IMG/VR virus record: IMGVR_UViG_3300038443_001578 | Span: 1-64,000 of that record | Source of the DNA: a virus | DNA length: 64,000 bases | Direction: 5' to 3' (one strand) | In this document: positions 45,898 to 56,800 of the stretch, in pieces | Numbering within the stretch: the stretch's first letter is position 1 | How the letters are laid out: the number at the start of each line of letters is the position of its first letter | Made by a program: the position numbers and the translations under genes | The notes under the pieces: model-generated | What the model saw: the letters and a program-made list of their open reading frames with translations, nothing else | What the model was told of the DNA's origin: nothing | Database searches by the model: none

Positions 45898-46560
45898 ATG
45901 ATGAGAAATATCCGGATCATTGCAATCATACTGGCTCTTTTTATTATCTCGGCACCCGCGCGCGCTCAATCCGTCGTGGGCTTACTCGGGACTGATAACC
46001 TCATCCATGCTCTTAAGGGCGATACGAGCGGCAATATTTATGTGCTGCCTTATCTCATCTATAACACGACTCCGCCCGCTCCGACGAACGGTGCGTATGT
46101 TCAGCAACAATCCGACACTCAGGGTAATCTGAAGGTCTACCTCGCCTCGGCGATCGCCGGCGAGGATCTGACGAATAACGTGATGGGGACCATTAACAAG
46201 GTCGTCATTGCGTCGACGTACACCCCGTCCCTAGACACAGCGTTCGGCACGGCGGTTACGCATAATTCGAAGGCTACGGCCGGACTGCTTATGGCGGTGA
46301 CGGTTGCGAACTTCAATACCGCAGTGCGTTATCTCCAGATTTATAATTCGACCGGCTCGACATCGGGCACTCCCGTGGCCGTATTCCCGATTCCTGCCGG
46401 ATCAGCGACGGCGCCGGCGATCCAGACATTCGGTGATACGTTCTTTACTCGCGACGGTGTTTATCTCTCGACCGGCATTACCTGGGCAATTTCGACCACT
46501 CAGGCGACGTATACCGCCGCGACCGCGAGCGACCACAACATCGACGTCGTTTACTACTAG
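45898..46560 (+). CDS. Signal-peptide-bearing beta-rich protein
   Basis: MRNIRIIAIILALFIISAPARA|Q, classic Sec/SPI pattern. Confidence 0.72.
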   Translation: MMRNIRIIAIILALFIISAPARAQSVVGLLGTDNLIHALKGDTSGNIYVLPYLIYNTTPPAPTNGAYVQQQSDTQGNLKVYLASAIAGEDLTNNVMGTINKVVIASTYTPSLDTAFGTAVTHNSKATAGLLMAVTVANFNTAVRYLQIYNSTGSTSGTPVAVFPIPAGSATAPAIQTFGDTFFTRDGVYLSTGITWAISTTQATYTAATASDHNIDVVYY

Positions 46561-46562
46561 GA

Positions 46563-49067
46563 GTGAGCATGAAGCGGATACTCATTACAGTTCTGGCGCT
46601 CCTGGTAATTGCCCCTCCTACGATGGCGGCGACGACGTGGTACGTAAACGGTTCAGGTGGCGCGTCGAATGGTTTTTTGGCGGCAGGCAACGACACCACC
46701 GGCAACGGAACATTGGCGACGCCGTACGCAACGATCAATAAAGCACTCACCGTCAGCGCGACAGGCGATACGATCTACTGTGATACCGCGACGTACAGCG
46801 AGTCCAGCGGATCGAACTACCTCAACGTGACCAAGGGGGTGACGATCGCGACTTACCCGACGGCCGTTACTAACTCGGGCAAGGCGACCCTGCAGGCGAC
46901 CGAAACGAATCGAGTCGTCAACATTAATGCTGCCAACGTTAATTTTACCGACTTTATTTTTGACGCAAACACGGCGGCGAAGTCGTGCGCATTACTCCAG
47001 GCGAATGCTACTGGGACATTTACCAGGGTCGATATTAAGGGCATGGGGTCGGGGTCAACGCTGGCCGGCTGGCGTGCGAATGGCAACGGAACATCGGTCA
47101 CGCTGGATAAATGCACGAACCTGCTAGCGAATGGCAACGCATCCAACACGAACCTCTATTTTAATAACTTCACGGGTGGGACCGTAGTATTTAAGGGTTG
47201 CACCGCAAACGGTGTCAATCAGTTCTGCTCGTCGTCGGCTGCGTCCACACTCATACAGTCCGCTACATCTGCGGACGGTACGAGGAATACCGTGACCAAC
47301 TGCACAGTTGGTTTCCGCCTTCCGGCGGCGGCGACGACGACTATCGATATCGAGGATGTGGATTTTTCAGGCGTGACGGGCAATCCGATATGGGACAACG
47401 CCTCAAATGCCGCTTCGTGCAATGCACTGTCAGTCAAATATTGCACGTTCACTAACCAGACCGGCAGCATCCCATGCATTTCACTTTATGGCAGCTATTC
47501 CAGTCCGGAGATCGCGTACAACTACCTGAATTCGCCGTGTACCCTGTTCACGCAGCAGTGGATCGGCGTGACGTCTCCACTAGTCCACGACAATACTATC
47601 ATCCAGTCGTCGGCGCTGCATGAGCCGATCAATATCCAGCAGGCGGCCGGTTCACCACAGGTATACAACAACACAATTACGACCGACTTCACGGGGCACG
47701 CTATCGAGGTCGGATCGGACGGCACGAACGCAGCAGTCACATTTACGACGGGTTTTCCGGGCTCGCCGGTCGCGATCCCGCTCGGGGACACCAGCGCGCA
47801 CACCTATGTCGCCCAGAAGTTCACGTTTAATGCGAGTACAGTCGTTTTAAATTCGCAGATCATGTGCTCGCTGCGGCCTGTCATGAAAAAGACGGGGACG
47901 CCGACAGGCAGCGTAACGTGCTACCTGTACAGTGACAACGCCGGCGTCCCTGGGACCCTTGTGGATACGTCGGAATACTCGATGTTGGGAGCGAACCAGT
48001 CGGCCACGCAGCAATGGGTGGAGTACTGGTTCCCCAATCGGGATACCCTGAGTTATTCAACATCCTATTGGATGGTCCTCAAGTACAATGGGACGCCTGA
48101 CGCCTCGAATTACGTTACGCTGGAGGGAAATGGCACGGCTGCCCCCGTGCAGACCTCAACGGATGGAGTGACGTGGTCGGCCGGCACCAATCAAGCCTGG
48201 TTCCAGGTGCGAACCGGCGCGTACGAGATCGTCGATCCGGTAATCCATGACAACAAGGTCACGGTGACGAACTCGGCTGCGCCACACTGCTGCTTCATAG
48301 GTGCCGCCGTGGGTGGCAAGATCTACCGCAACCAGATCTACGGGGGCGGCATCCCGCTAATCATGAAATTGGTCGATGGGAGCAATAACTCGCATCCGGC
48401 CCTGATCTATGATAATCTCGTGTGGGACAACGTTGGCAGTCAGCAGGCGATACGCGACAAGGGCTCGCGGTCGGTGCAGATTTACCACAACACGATCGTG
48501 GAAACGTCCACGGCGGAAGTCGCCGTGACCCTCGATAATGACTACGAAGCGACCAGCCCGTACACCCCGCAATATAACGGTCAACCGTCGCAGAACGCAG
48601 TCGTCAAGAACAACGTGTTCTATTGCACGTCGCCCTCTGGATCATCTCCGATTTACCAGCTTGGCGCACTGTCGATGAACGCGTTGCCCAACTGCGTCAA
48701 CCCAACAATCGACTACAACGTCGCTTATGTTGGCGCTAACACGTCGATTGCGACGGACAACCGATCAGGCTCGGCAGTCAACTATAACACGGGAACGGCG
48801 GCTCAGCAATTCGCGCAGTGGCAGGGCCTCGGGTTCGACGTTCATGGTAAGAACGCTGACCCGCTGCTCGCGAACGAAGTCAACCCGTCGAAACCCACCG
48901 ACTTCATCCCGGCCGCAACGTCGCCAGCAATCGGGATGGGCACCAACCTGACGTCGACGGTGTCGAGCGGATACAACGCGAAAGCATTCATCGCCGCCGG
49001 GCCTACTGTGGGTGCGCTCAACGCCAATTACCGCTCCATTTCGCCGACGCGCACGATCGTAAGGTAA
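46563..49067 (+). CDS. Secreted right-handed beta-helix (pectate-lyase/depolymerase-like) protein
   Basis: MKRILITVLALLVIAPPTMA|A; WYV..G.D..GNGT..PYATINKA; repeated I.DN/YNNT; C-terminal SPAIGMG. Confidence 0.8.
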   Translation: MSMKRILITVLALLVIAPPTMAATTWYVNGSGGASNGFLAAGNDTTGNGTLATPYATINKALTVSATGDTIYCDTATYSESSGSNYLNVTKGVTIATYPTAVTNSGKATLQATETNRVVNINAANVNFTDFIFDANTAAKSCALLQANATGTFTRVDIKGMGSGSTLAGWRANGNGTSVTLDKCTNLLANGNASNTNLYFNNFTGGTVVFKGCTANGVNQFCSSSAASTLIQSATSADGTRNTVTNCTVGFRLPAAATTTIDIEDVDFSGVTGNPIWDNASNAASCNALSVKYCTFTNQTGSIPCISLYGSYSSPEIAYNYLNSPCTLFTQQWIGVTSPLVHDNTIIQSSALHEPINIQQAAGSPQVYNNTITTDFTGHAIEVGSDGTNAAVTFTTGFPGSPVAIPLGDTSAHTYVAQKFTFNASTVVLNSQIMCSLRPVMKKTGTPTGSVTCYLYSDNAGVPGTLVDTSEYSMLGANQSATQQWVEYWFPNRDTLSYSTSYWMVLKYNGTPDASNYVTLEGNGTAAPVQTSTDGVTWSAGTNQAWFQVRTGAYEIVDPVIHDNKVTVTNSAAPHCCFIGAAVGGKIYRNQIYGGGIPLIMKLVDGSNNSHPALIYDNLVWDNVGSQQAIRDKGSRSVQIYHNTIVETSTAEVAVTLDNDYEATSPYTPQYNGQPSQNAVVKNNVFYCTSPSGSSPIYQLGALSMNALPNCVNPTIDYNVAYVGANTSIATDNRSGSAVNYNTGTAAQQFAQWQGLGFDVHGKNADPLLANEVNPSKPTDFIPAATSPAIGMGTNLTSTVSSGYNAKAFIAAGPTVGALNANYRSISPTRTIVR

Positions 49068-49074
49068 CCTCAAG

Positions 49075-49731
49075 ATGTCACATACTTCACAACCCTCCGC
49101 GGACGATGTTAAAAAACTGATCGACGGAACCGGCCTCTTCCCATCGCTCGATGTCGCACCATTTACGAGCATCGACTGGGACGGCGCGGCATCGGCGGCA
49201 TACGAGCAGTTCAAAAGCAAGACCGGCCGCGAATTCGTCGTCACGGAGGCGACCACACGCGTCTACGACCCGCCGCGGCATCCGAAAGGCATCCTGATGC
49301 TCGGGGCTGACCTGGCGTCGGACCCGGCGGCGACGATTTCGGTCACGATCTCCGGCGTCGCGAAGGTCGCCAATCAGGACTATTACCTGGGGCCGGACAA
49401 CTCCGACCAGAAGGGCAAGCCCTGGGGATGGATCGAGATCCCGGCGTGCGCGATCACCTGGGTCAATGGCAACCCGCGCAAATCGATCGCCATCACCGGG
49501 TATTGGGGCTACAGCCGCGAAATGCCGGACGATGTTTTCGACGCGATCGTTGGTTATGCGTTTTATTTGTGTCGCCCACAACTTGCCGCGAATATCAATA
49601 ACGGATTAGCTAGTATTCAAGATATTAACTATGCGCAAGGTGGCTACGTCACGCTTGGGCCGGAGGCGCAACAATTCGCGGAAGTATTCCAACAGACCGC
49701 GAATCGGTATCGCAGGGTTTTGACGTATTGA
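49075..49731 (+). CDS. Head-tail adaptor
   Basis: TGREF, RVYD, ITGYWGY..MPDDV, YRR. Confidence 0.75.
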   Translation: MSHTSQPSADDVKKLIDGTGLFPSLDVAPFTSIDWDGAASAAYEQFKSKTGREFVVTEATTRVYDPPRHPKGILMLGADLASDPAATISVTISGVAKVANQDYYLGPDNSDQKGKPWGWIEIPACAITWVNGNPRKSIAITGYWGYSREMPDDVFDAIVGYAFYLCRPQLAANINNGLASIQDINYAQGGYVTLGPEAQQFAEVFQQTANRYRRVLTY

Positions 49732-49746
49732 GGGGGGTATATCCTG

Positions 49747-50079
49747 ATGTCAGTGGGCGCATCCCTGCAATCTCAATATTCCCATAAAATCACCAACTTC
49801 GGAAGCGACTTAGTTCTACCAAATGGTTCCGCAGTGAAGGCTATCGAAGTAAAGGATGAGCGGCGTGCAGCCAAATACTTGCGGATCGACGATCTCAACG
49901 CGCCGGAAAAGTTGCAGATCGTACTAGAACTACCTGGCTCATTGTTCCCTGGCAAAATCGTTGCTCCTGGTATGACCGTCACGTGGGAAACGATCTCATA
50001 CCTCATCGAGGGGCCACTCCATCCTGACTATATGCAAAACGTTTGCACGCGCCTCTTCATCGTCCTTTCGAAAAACTAA
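49747..50079 (+). CDS. Head closure protein (putative)
   Basis: Size and synteny. Confidence 0.5.
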   Translation: MSVGASLQSQYSHKITNFGSDLVLPNGSAVKAIEVKDERRAAKYLRIDDLNAPEKLQIVLELPGSLFPGKIVAPGMTVTWETISYLIEGPLHPDYMQNVCTRLFIVLSKN

Positions 50080-50080
50080 C

Positions 50081-50578
50081 ATGTTTGACCTCGACGTTGA
50101 AATCGACGGTATTGATTCCGTGGTGTCGTATCTTGGGCGAATCGCCAAGGTTATTGCCGACCCGATCCCTCCGCTCATTGCCGCACGCGAGGTCATCGCG
50201 GATACGACCGCCGAACGGTTCAAGTCGGCCAACGGCGGGGAATGGCCCGACATCCTGCCGACGTCACGCAAGGGGCGCAGGGGGAACCGGAGCGCGCCTC
50301 CGCTAACGGACACTGGCGCGCTCATGGCCGCTGTCACGGCGACACGCGAGGGCGTCAAAGATAGCCTTTACCACCTTGATCGCTTCGGCGGCCTGGTGAT
50401 GGGGACGGATCGCGTCGATGCGGCGCGGCATCAATTCGGCTTCGACGGGGTGGATAGCCGCGGCCGCCAGGTGCACGAACCGGCGCGCCCATTCCTCTAC
50501 CTTGACGAGACGACCGAGGCTGAGATTACGGCGACGTTCGAAGAGTATTACGCGGCCGTAATCGAGGGCGTACGATGA
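50081..50578 (+). CDS. Virion morphogenesis/tail completion protein
   Basis: RF....G..W, LTDTGAL, HQFG, PARPFL. Confidence 0.85.
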   Translation: MFDLDVEIDGIDSVVSYLGRIAKVIADPIPPLIAAREVIADTTAERFKSANGGEWPDILPTSRKGRRGNRSAPPLTDTGALMAAVTATREGVKDSLYHLDRFGGLVMGTDRVDAARHQFGFDGVDSRGRQVHEPARPFLYLDETTEAEITATFEEYYAAVIEGVR

Positions 50579-51066
50579 GCGTTATCACAGCCGCCGACAT
50601 CAAAGCTCGGATGATCAGCCTGCTTTCCGCCGATACGCTGATCACGCCCCTGTTCCCGAACTCGATCTTGAGCTACAACCCGAAGGCGCCGGCGCCGGAG
50701 GGAACAGCAGGAGCGGCGAACGCGAGCCCGTGCCTGTGCATCGATGTGGCGAACGAAAAGCAGAGCTGGTCAACTCTCGGTCCACCCGGGACCGGCAAAA
50801 GCATCAAGGCGTACACTCTGGGGATGCTCATATTTGTGTCCGCGTCAGCCGAGAACGCGGCGACACGGCAGCAGATCGAGCAGTTGACCGGAACCGCGCT
50901 CGAAGCGATCCTGAAATACACCCAGGATACGAACTGGTACCACATCGGCTTTGGGCCGGTCGGACAACCGCAGCCGATCGAGAGCGAGTACATCTATTCC
51001 CCCGCCGGCTTCTGGGTGTCCATCACCCCGTTCTGCGTTTACCGGCAATACATTCGTACCGCGTGA
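50575..51066 (+). CDS. Tail terminator (putative)
   Basis: Synteny before the tail tube. Confidence 0.5.
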   Translation: MSVITAADIKARMISLLSADTLITPLFPNSILSYNPKAPAPEGTAGAANASPCLCIDVANEKQSWSTLGPPGTGKSIKAYTLGMLIFVSASAENAATRQQIEQLTGTALEAILKYTQDTNWYHIGFGPVGQPQPIESEYIYSPAGFWVSITPFCVYRQYIRTA

Positions 51067-51074
51067 GGAGCATC

Positions 51075-51338
51075 ATGGCGAAAACAGACACTGCCGTCAA
51101 GGACGGCGACACTATTGTTTGGACATCGGCGAGCCTGCCTTCCGGCATGTACGTCGATCACGGGATCGTCTTCTATCCGGACGAGGAATACATCGTCGGC
51201 GAGGACGTCGGCGCGGATTTCGCGAACGCGCTCATTGCCGACGGGCACTGCGCTAAGCTCACGAAGAAGGCCGCGCCGGTCTCCGCTCCGGTGGACAACG
51301 CCAAAACCAAGGAGGCCGACAAAGCCGCCTCTGACTAA
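51075..51338 (+). CDS. Hypothetical protein
   Basis: GAGGAG RBS. Confidence 0.6.
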   Translation: MAKTDTAVKDGDTIVWTSASLPSGMYVDHGIVFYPDEEYIVGEDVGADFANALIADGHCAKLTKKAAPVSAPVDNAKTKEADKAASD

Positions 51339-51349
51339 GGAGGCTCCTC

Positions 51350-52990
51350 GTGGCCGTCCTAATCGAATACTGGGTAAGCGTCACGGGCGTTTCGCCTGGC
51401 GACTTCTTCCTACTTGCCGCCCTGCCGGATACTGGCGGGGCTGTCGTTTTTGATCACACTCCGGTCGTACCGGGCGGCCTCTATATCTACAAGGCGCGCC
51501 GACGGTTCGGCTCCGTTTATTCCGACTTTTCACCGCTGGTCTACGCCGAAGGGCCGTGGCCGACGCAAGGAGCAGAGCTTATGGGAACCCCCGCAACAGG
51601 CATTCAGTCAAGGATCGGCATCGGCGTCGAGGCGACCGAGGGCCAGCCGGTCAAAGCGCAAAATCTCATCGATCGCAAGAGCGGCGGTCTGAAAATTGAT
51701 CTCTCGACCCTCCCGCACGAGGTCCTGCGCAATATCACGACGGATATCGATTCCGTGCCGGGCATCGCCAAGGTCAACGGCTCGATCACGATGACGCCGA
51801 CGGGCGAGGGCGTATCACGCTTGCTGGAGAGCCTCGCCGGCGCGCCGACCACGGCGGCCGGAGGCGGGACCGCGCCGGCGGCTCCGACGGCGACGCCGTC
51901 CCTTACCGGCGGAACCCTGCCGAACGCAACGCAATACTACTTCAAGGTCGCATACGAGCGTGCCGACTGGGGCTGGACCACGGCCTCGTCGGAGTTCAGC
52001 GCGACGACAGGCGCGGGTACCGGCGTCAACTCGATCAGCGTAGCCTCGCCGGCGACGCAAACCGGCGCGACCGGCTGGCGTCTGTACGCAGGTACGGCAA
52101 CCGGGGTGGAAGTTTTGATTGCCAGCGGTCTCGCGATCGGAACGCCTTACGTCTTTACCGATCCGACCCTCATCACCGCGAACGCCGGCGGTTATGTGCC
52201 TGCGGTCGCCTTCAACGTCCACACCTATAAGGATTCGACCACGCAGTCACCGGTCACCATTACCGAGAAGAACGGCTCGTCGTATTTTGCATATCCCGGT
52301 TGCCGCGCGTCCGGACTGTCGTGGAATATCGATAAGACGCAGAACACGCCGCTGGAGTTCGTGTGGGACTATGAGGGGCTGAATAAGCTCGTCTACGGCG
52401 CTGAGAGCGCAATCGGAACGGATACCGCGCCGATCGATCCGCTGGCCGCATTTGGCGCGACCGGCGTCACGGTCACGGTCGGCGGCACGCAGTCTGATGC
52501 GCGGACGATCAGCGGCAAGTGGGGGAAGAACGTCCTCCCGAAGGATGTACTCGACGGCTACCGCGGCGCTCAGTCGCACTATGTCGGCAAGTCGACGATC
52601 ACCGGCAAAATGGACCTCTACTTCGAGGACGAGGTCCAGATGAAGACCTATTTTGGGCAGCTCGCCGGTGTTGTGGCGCCGTATGGTGCGAAGAAGGTCG
52701 TCAACACGACGCCCGTAGTCATTACGATCGCTGGGCCGGTCAACGCGAACGGCTTCCGCAACAAGATCATCATCACGCTGCCGAAGGTCGCGTTCACGAT
52801 GCAGGATCAGCCGATCCAGGGGCCGGATGCGATCATGCAGACGGTCGAGTTCACAGCCTACCACGACACCGTTTCGGGCACGCCGATCCAGATCGACGTC
52901 TGGAATACGGAGTTGAACGCAACCCTGATAGGGGCCGGCACACCGATTTCGGCGGTCCCGTCGAACGACGTGACCTCTTATAGCCTGTAA
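51350..52990 (+). CDS. Tail tube protein with accessory Ig/FN3-like insertions; second start at 51581
   Basis: IGIGVEATEG, TITEK....F.Y.GC, ITGKMDLYFED, I.GPD.I.Q.VEF.A. Confidence 0.8.
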   Translation: MAVLIEYWVSVTGVSPGDFFLLAALPDTGGAVVFDHTPVVPGGLYIYKARRRFGSVYSDFSPLVYAEGPWPTQGAELMGTPATGIQSRIGIGVEATEGQPVKAQNLIDRKSGGLKIDLSTLPHEVLRNITTDIDSVPGIAKVNGSITMTPTGEGVSRLLESLAGAPTTAAGGGTAPAAPTATPSLTGGTLPNATQYYFKVAYERADWGWTTASSEFSATTGAGTGVNSISVASPATQTGATGWRLYAGTATGVEVLIASGLAIGTPYVFTDPTLITANAGGYVPAVAFNVHTYKDSTTQSPVTITEKNGSSYFAYPGCRASGLSWNIDKTQNTPLEFVWDYEGLNKLVYGAESAIGTDTAPIDPLAAFGATGVTVTVGGTQSDARTISGKWGKNVLPKDVLDGYRGAQSHYVGKSTITGKMDLYFEDEVQMKTYFGQLAGVVAPYGAKKVVNTTPVVITIAGPVNANGFRNKIIITLPKVAFTMQDQPIQGPDAIMQTVEFTAYHDTVSGTPIQIDVWNTELNATLIGAGTPISAVPSNDVTSYSL

Positions 52991-53084
52991 TTCGCGCAAA
53001 CGAGCGCAATACGAAAGCCGGGCGGACCGCAGGATGTCCGCCCGGCGATTTACAGCAGGATACCGCCTGCAGGAGGGCGGTTGC

Positions 53085-53693
53085 ATGGAACCTATCACTA
53101 CTCCCACGAAATCAAAGCGCAAACTCGATACTGCCACGGCCGAACGCATGGCCGAGGTGCAAGGTCGGATGGAATCGTCGGTCACGGCTACCGGCGTCGG
53201 CGATGCGAAACCGCGCCGTGCGATGTCTTTCGCTCGAATGGTCGGCGCTGGCGAAATCATCGAATGGGGTGCAAAGAAATATGAAGTTGCACCGTTCCCG
53301 GTGATTAAGCACGCCGAGGCAAACGCAAAGCTCAGCGCGTCCCCCCTCATCATCTGCCTTCTTGCTTTGACGCGATCGACGGACAAGGAAAGCGGCGAGT
53401 ACGATTTCGAATCGGCGGCCGGCCGATTAAAGTCGGTCCTTGTCCTCAACGATGCCAGCGGCAATCCTGCCGAAATCGACGGCGCGGCCCTGGAAGAATA
53501 CGTCAATACCAGCGTCTCCACCGTCAACGAGCAGGACGCGAAGGCGATGGCTGAACTAGCCGTCGTCGCGTTTTGCCGTCGTCATCCCGATGTCGCGGCG
53601 GAATCGCTTGTTTCCGATCTCGATATCCCAACATTCTGCCGGTTGCTCGAGCTGATCGTCGAACTCAACCCGGGCTTTATCACACGTTTTTAG
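53085..53693 (+). CDS. Tail assembly chaperone (G-like)
   Basis: Between tube and TMP; ends at slippery CGT TTT TAG. Confidence 0.65.
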   Translation: MEPITTPTKSKRKLDTATAERMAEVQGRMESSVTATGVGDAKPRRAMSFARMVGAGEIIEWGAKKYEVAPFPVIKHAEANAKLSASPLIICLLALTRSTDKESGEYDFESAAGRLKSVLVLNDASGNPAEIDGAALEEYVNTSVSTVNEQDAKAMAELAVVAFCRRHPDVAAESLVSDLDIPTFCRLLELIVELNPGFITRF

Positions 53694-53884
53694 ACAGGCC
53701 ACGGGAGGAATCGACTTCTCGTGGCCGTGTCGAGGACTGGTCTTTTCAAACGACGGTCCTCCAGATTGCCATGCGCTTGACCGACGAAGAGCTTCGCGAC
53801 ATCGACGAAAACCAGATCGATGCGAAGTGGTCACAGTTGCCAAAGGCTCTCAAGTACGTCGGATCTCACCTGCTAGGCGGATAA
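53687..53884 (+). CDS. -1 frameshift extension of the chaperone (GT-like)
   Basis: -1 frame open from TTT TTA GAC to 53884, ending 6 nt before the TMP start. Confidence 0.55.
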   Translation, partial: FLDRPREESTSRGRVEDWSFQTTVLQIAMRLTDEELRDIDENQIDAKWSQLPKALKYVGSHLLGG

Positions 53885-53890
53885 TCGTCC

Positions 53891-56800
53891 ATGGCCAATA
53901 AGAACCAGGTTACCGTCAAAGTTAACGTTGCTGGAAACGACACGTCGGCCGGCAAAATCACCGCGCTCGGTGCATCGTTGAAGGCGGCAATTCGCGAGGT
54001 TGAAGCTGATTCCAAGCGGATGACGGCTATCACCCAGCAGCAGGTGAAGGCGGCAGAGCAGAGCGCAAAGGCGTCGATCGCAGTTGCGCGCGCCAAAGAG
54101 GCGAATGCCAAGGCTGTCGCTGCCGAACTCCGGGCCGAGGCGGCACTCAATCAGGCGATCGTCGCCGAGATCCGGGTCAAGAAGGAGTTGGAGGCGGTTG
54201 GGGTTTCGGTCGCCAAGGCTTCGGAATCGGCATCGCGAACATTGCTCAACGAGGCGAAGACGCGCAAGGAGCTGGCGAACGCCGAACTTGCCGAGGGGCG
54301 CATTGCCAAAGCCGCAGCTCAGGAAAAGGTCGAGGGTGAGCGCAAGGTCGAGGCCGCCGTCAAACAGCGGATCGCCGCCGAAAACCGGCAGCAGCGCGAT
54401 GAGAATTACGTCTCGCGGTCGCGGATCCTCGCGGAAAATCGGCAGCATCGGGACGAAAATTACGCGATTCGGTCGGGACAGGTCGTCGCTGAGAAGCGCA
54501 GCCAGGTAACCGGCATCGTGTCGACGGGCGCCATGGTCGGCGGCGCGGCCATTCTTGCCGGGCTCGACGCCGTAGGGCAGCAAGCCGCCAAGTTCGATTC
54601 CGCGATGCTGACCATCCGCAACAATACCACAATGACGGCACGTGACTTCGACCTTATGCGTGAGACGGTCCTGAAGCTCGGTAAGGATACTGGCGCGTCA
54701 ACGGATGAGCTTGCTCAAGGCTTCATGCACATCGTGAACCTTGGCATCCCTGACGTGGTGAAGAATACTGCGAACGCTGTCACGATCCTGAATGCCGCGA
54801 CGGTCGCGGCCATTGGAACGAACACGTCGGCGGCCGAGACGGCGAACATCCTGGCGAAGGCTCTGAAAGAGTTCGGTCTTCAGTCGGGTGAAGCGGCCCG
54901 TGTCATGGGCGTTCTGCACCGCGCCGCAGCACAGGGCAATATGACCCTGCAGGAGTTCGATGCGGCTGCGGGTCCCATGCTTTCCGTAGCGGCCGCACTC
55001 GGCGTTAAGGTGGAGGATGCCGCGGCTGCGTTCTCGGCTCTCACCCGCCACGGCTACGACGCAACGCAGGCGGCAACACAAGTGCGCGACGTCTTCCAGC
55101 ACCTGATGAACCCGACATCTGGCGTACGCAAGGAGCTGGAGCACCTGACCAAGGCGACCGGCGTCGACCTCGTCGACGACTTCACGGCGGCCGGAATCAA
55201 GGCGAAGGGTTTGACCGGCATATTCCTCGACCTCGCACAGGCTACGAAAGGCCATGCCGATGAGGTCTATAAGCTCATTCCGGCCCTTCGGGGCGGCCAA
55301 GGCGCTATGGTGCTCGCCAGCACCGCCAGCAAGGATATGACGGACATACTCAAGGACTTGATGAGCGTCCGCGGGCAGGATCTGCGCCAACTGACAGGCT
55401 ACAACGATATGCATGGCACGCTCGCGAACTCCGTGGCTCGGCTCAACAATCAATTCCTCGAACTCTACACCAAGTACGGACCGCCTGTCATTGCCGTCCT
55501 GAAGGATATCGCGTCCGGAGCATCGAGCATCGCTGATGCCCTTAATTCGGTCGATCCGGAAACGCGCAAAGCAATTGTCTATTTCGGCCTCTTCGCCGGG
55601 GGATTGCTGACTGTCGGGGGCGCTATCGGAAATGCTATTGTGGGGTTCCGTGAGTTCCGTAATCTCCTTGTCGGTGCCCGTCTGGCGTCGACTTTCGGCG
55701 AGATCACGACTGCTGCGGAAGCGGCGACCACGGCGGAAGTCGCTACGGCTACGGCAGGTACCGCTGCGTTCGCGGTAGGTGCTCCGTATCTCCTCGCCAT
55801 TGCGGGCGTGATCGCGGCTGTTGTGGCCATCAAAAAAGCGTGGGACGAGGCCGACGATGCGCAGCGGAAATATGCGGCCAAGAAGGCGACCGACTTCGCG
55901 TCGACGCACACTATGGATGTTCGCACCAATGTTAACAACCAGATCGGTCTCAATAATGCTGAGATTGCGCAGCGACAAGGGGAGCTCGCCCGACTACAGG
56001 CCGATAGTCGTTTGATTCGCGATCCATCTTCGGGCAGGATTATTCCGCGCCCAAATCGCGGGCTTGCTTCTGGGGTCACGAATTCCGATTCTGTCGCATG
56101 GGAGCAAAAGCGAATCGCGGCACTGCAAGCTGATGCAAATGCGATGACAGCCGATGCTCAGACACTGAGTGATCTTCAGAATAAGCGCCGTAGTCTGGCG
56201 CTGGCGATCTCGGCAGCCGAGAAGGAAGAGAAGGATAATTCCGCCAAGATAGCCTTCTACAAGAAGCACCTGCGCGAAACGAAAGGGCCATACTCGGACG
56301 CAGCCGCCGAAATCGAGCGGCTTACCCAGCGCAATATGGCGGTTGAGAGCGACCGGTTGAAAAATCAGAAGGCTCTGACAGCGCTGCCAGTATCTGCTGC
56401 TCCGATGTATTCCGGGAAGTTACTCAGTGAAGCAGCCGATGAGACGCGCAAAACTTTCAAGAAATTGCGGAACGAATGCGGTAACTTCGTCGATGCGCTT
56501 GTGAAACTACGCACCGGTAAGGCGTTCAGTGTCGGTGCAAACGAGAAGAATGGCGCTGATGCGCCGCTGAACGCTCAGGGCATCGGTCCGGCCGGCACGG
56601 TCTACCACGTCCGAACCTCGAAAAAGGAAGGTCACTGGTTTACATCGGAAGAGGGGCCGAATGGTGTGATGATGGCCGTTCAGGACTTCAACGGCCGGGT
56701 ACGCACCGACATCCCCGTCGCCGACATGTTGAAGAAGTTCCCCCTCATTTCAGCGAAGCTAGGACCAGGCGCAGGGCCAGCCACCGCGAGTATCAAAGGG

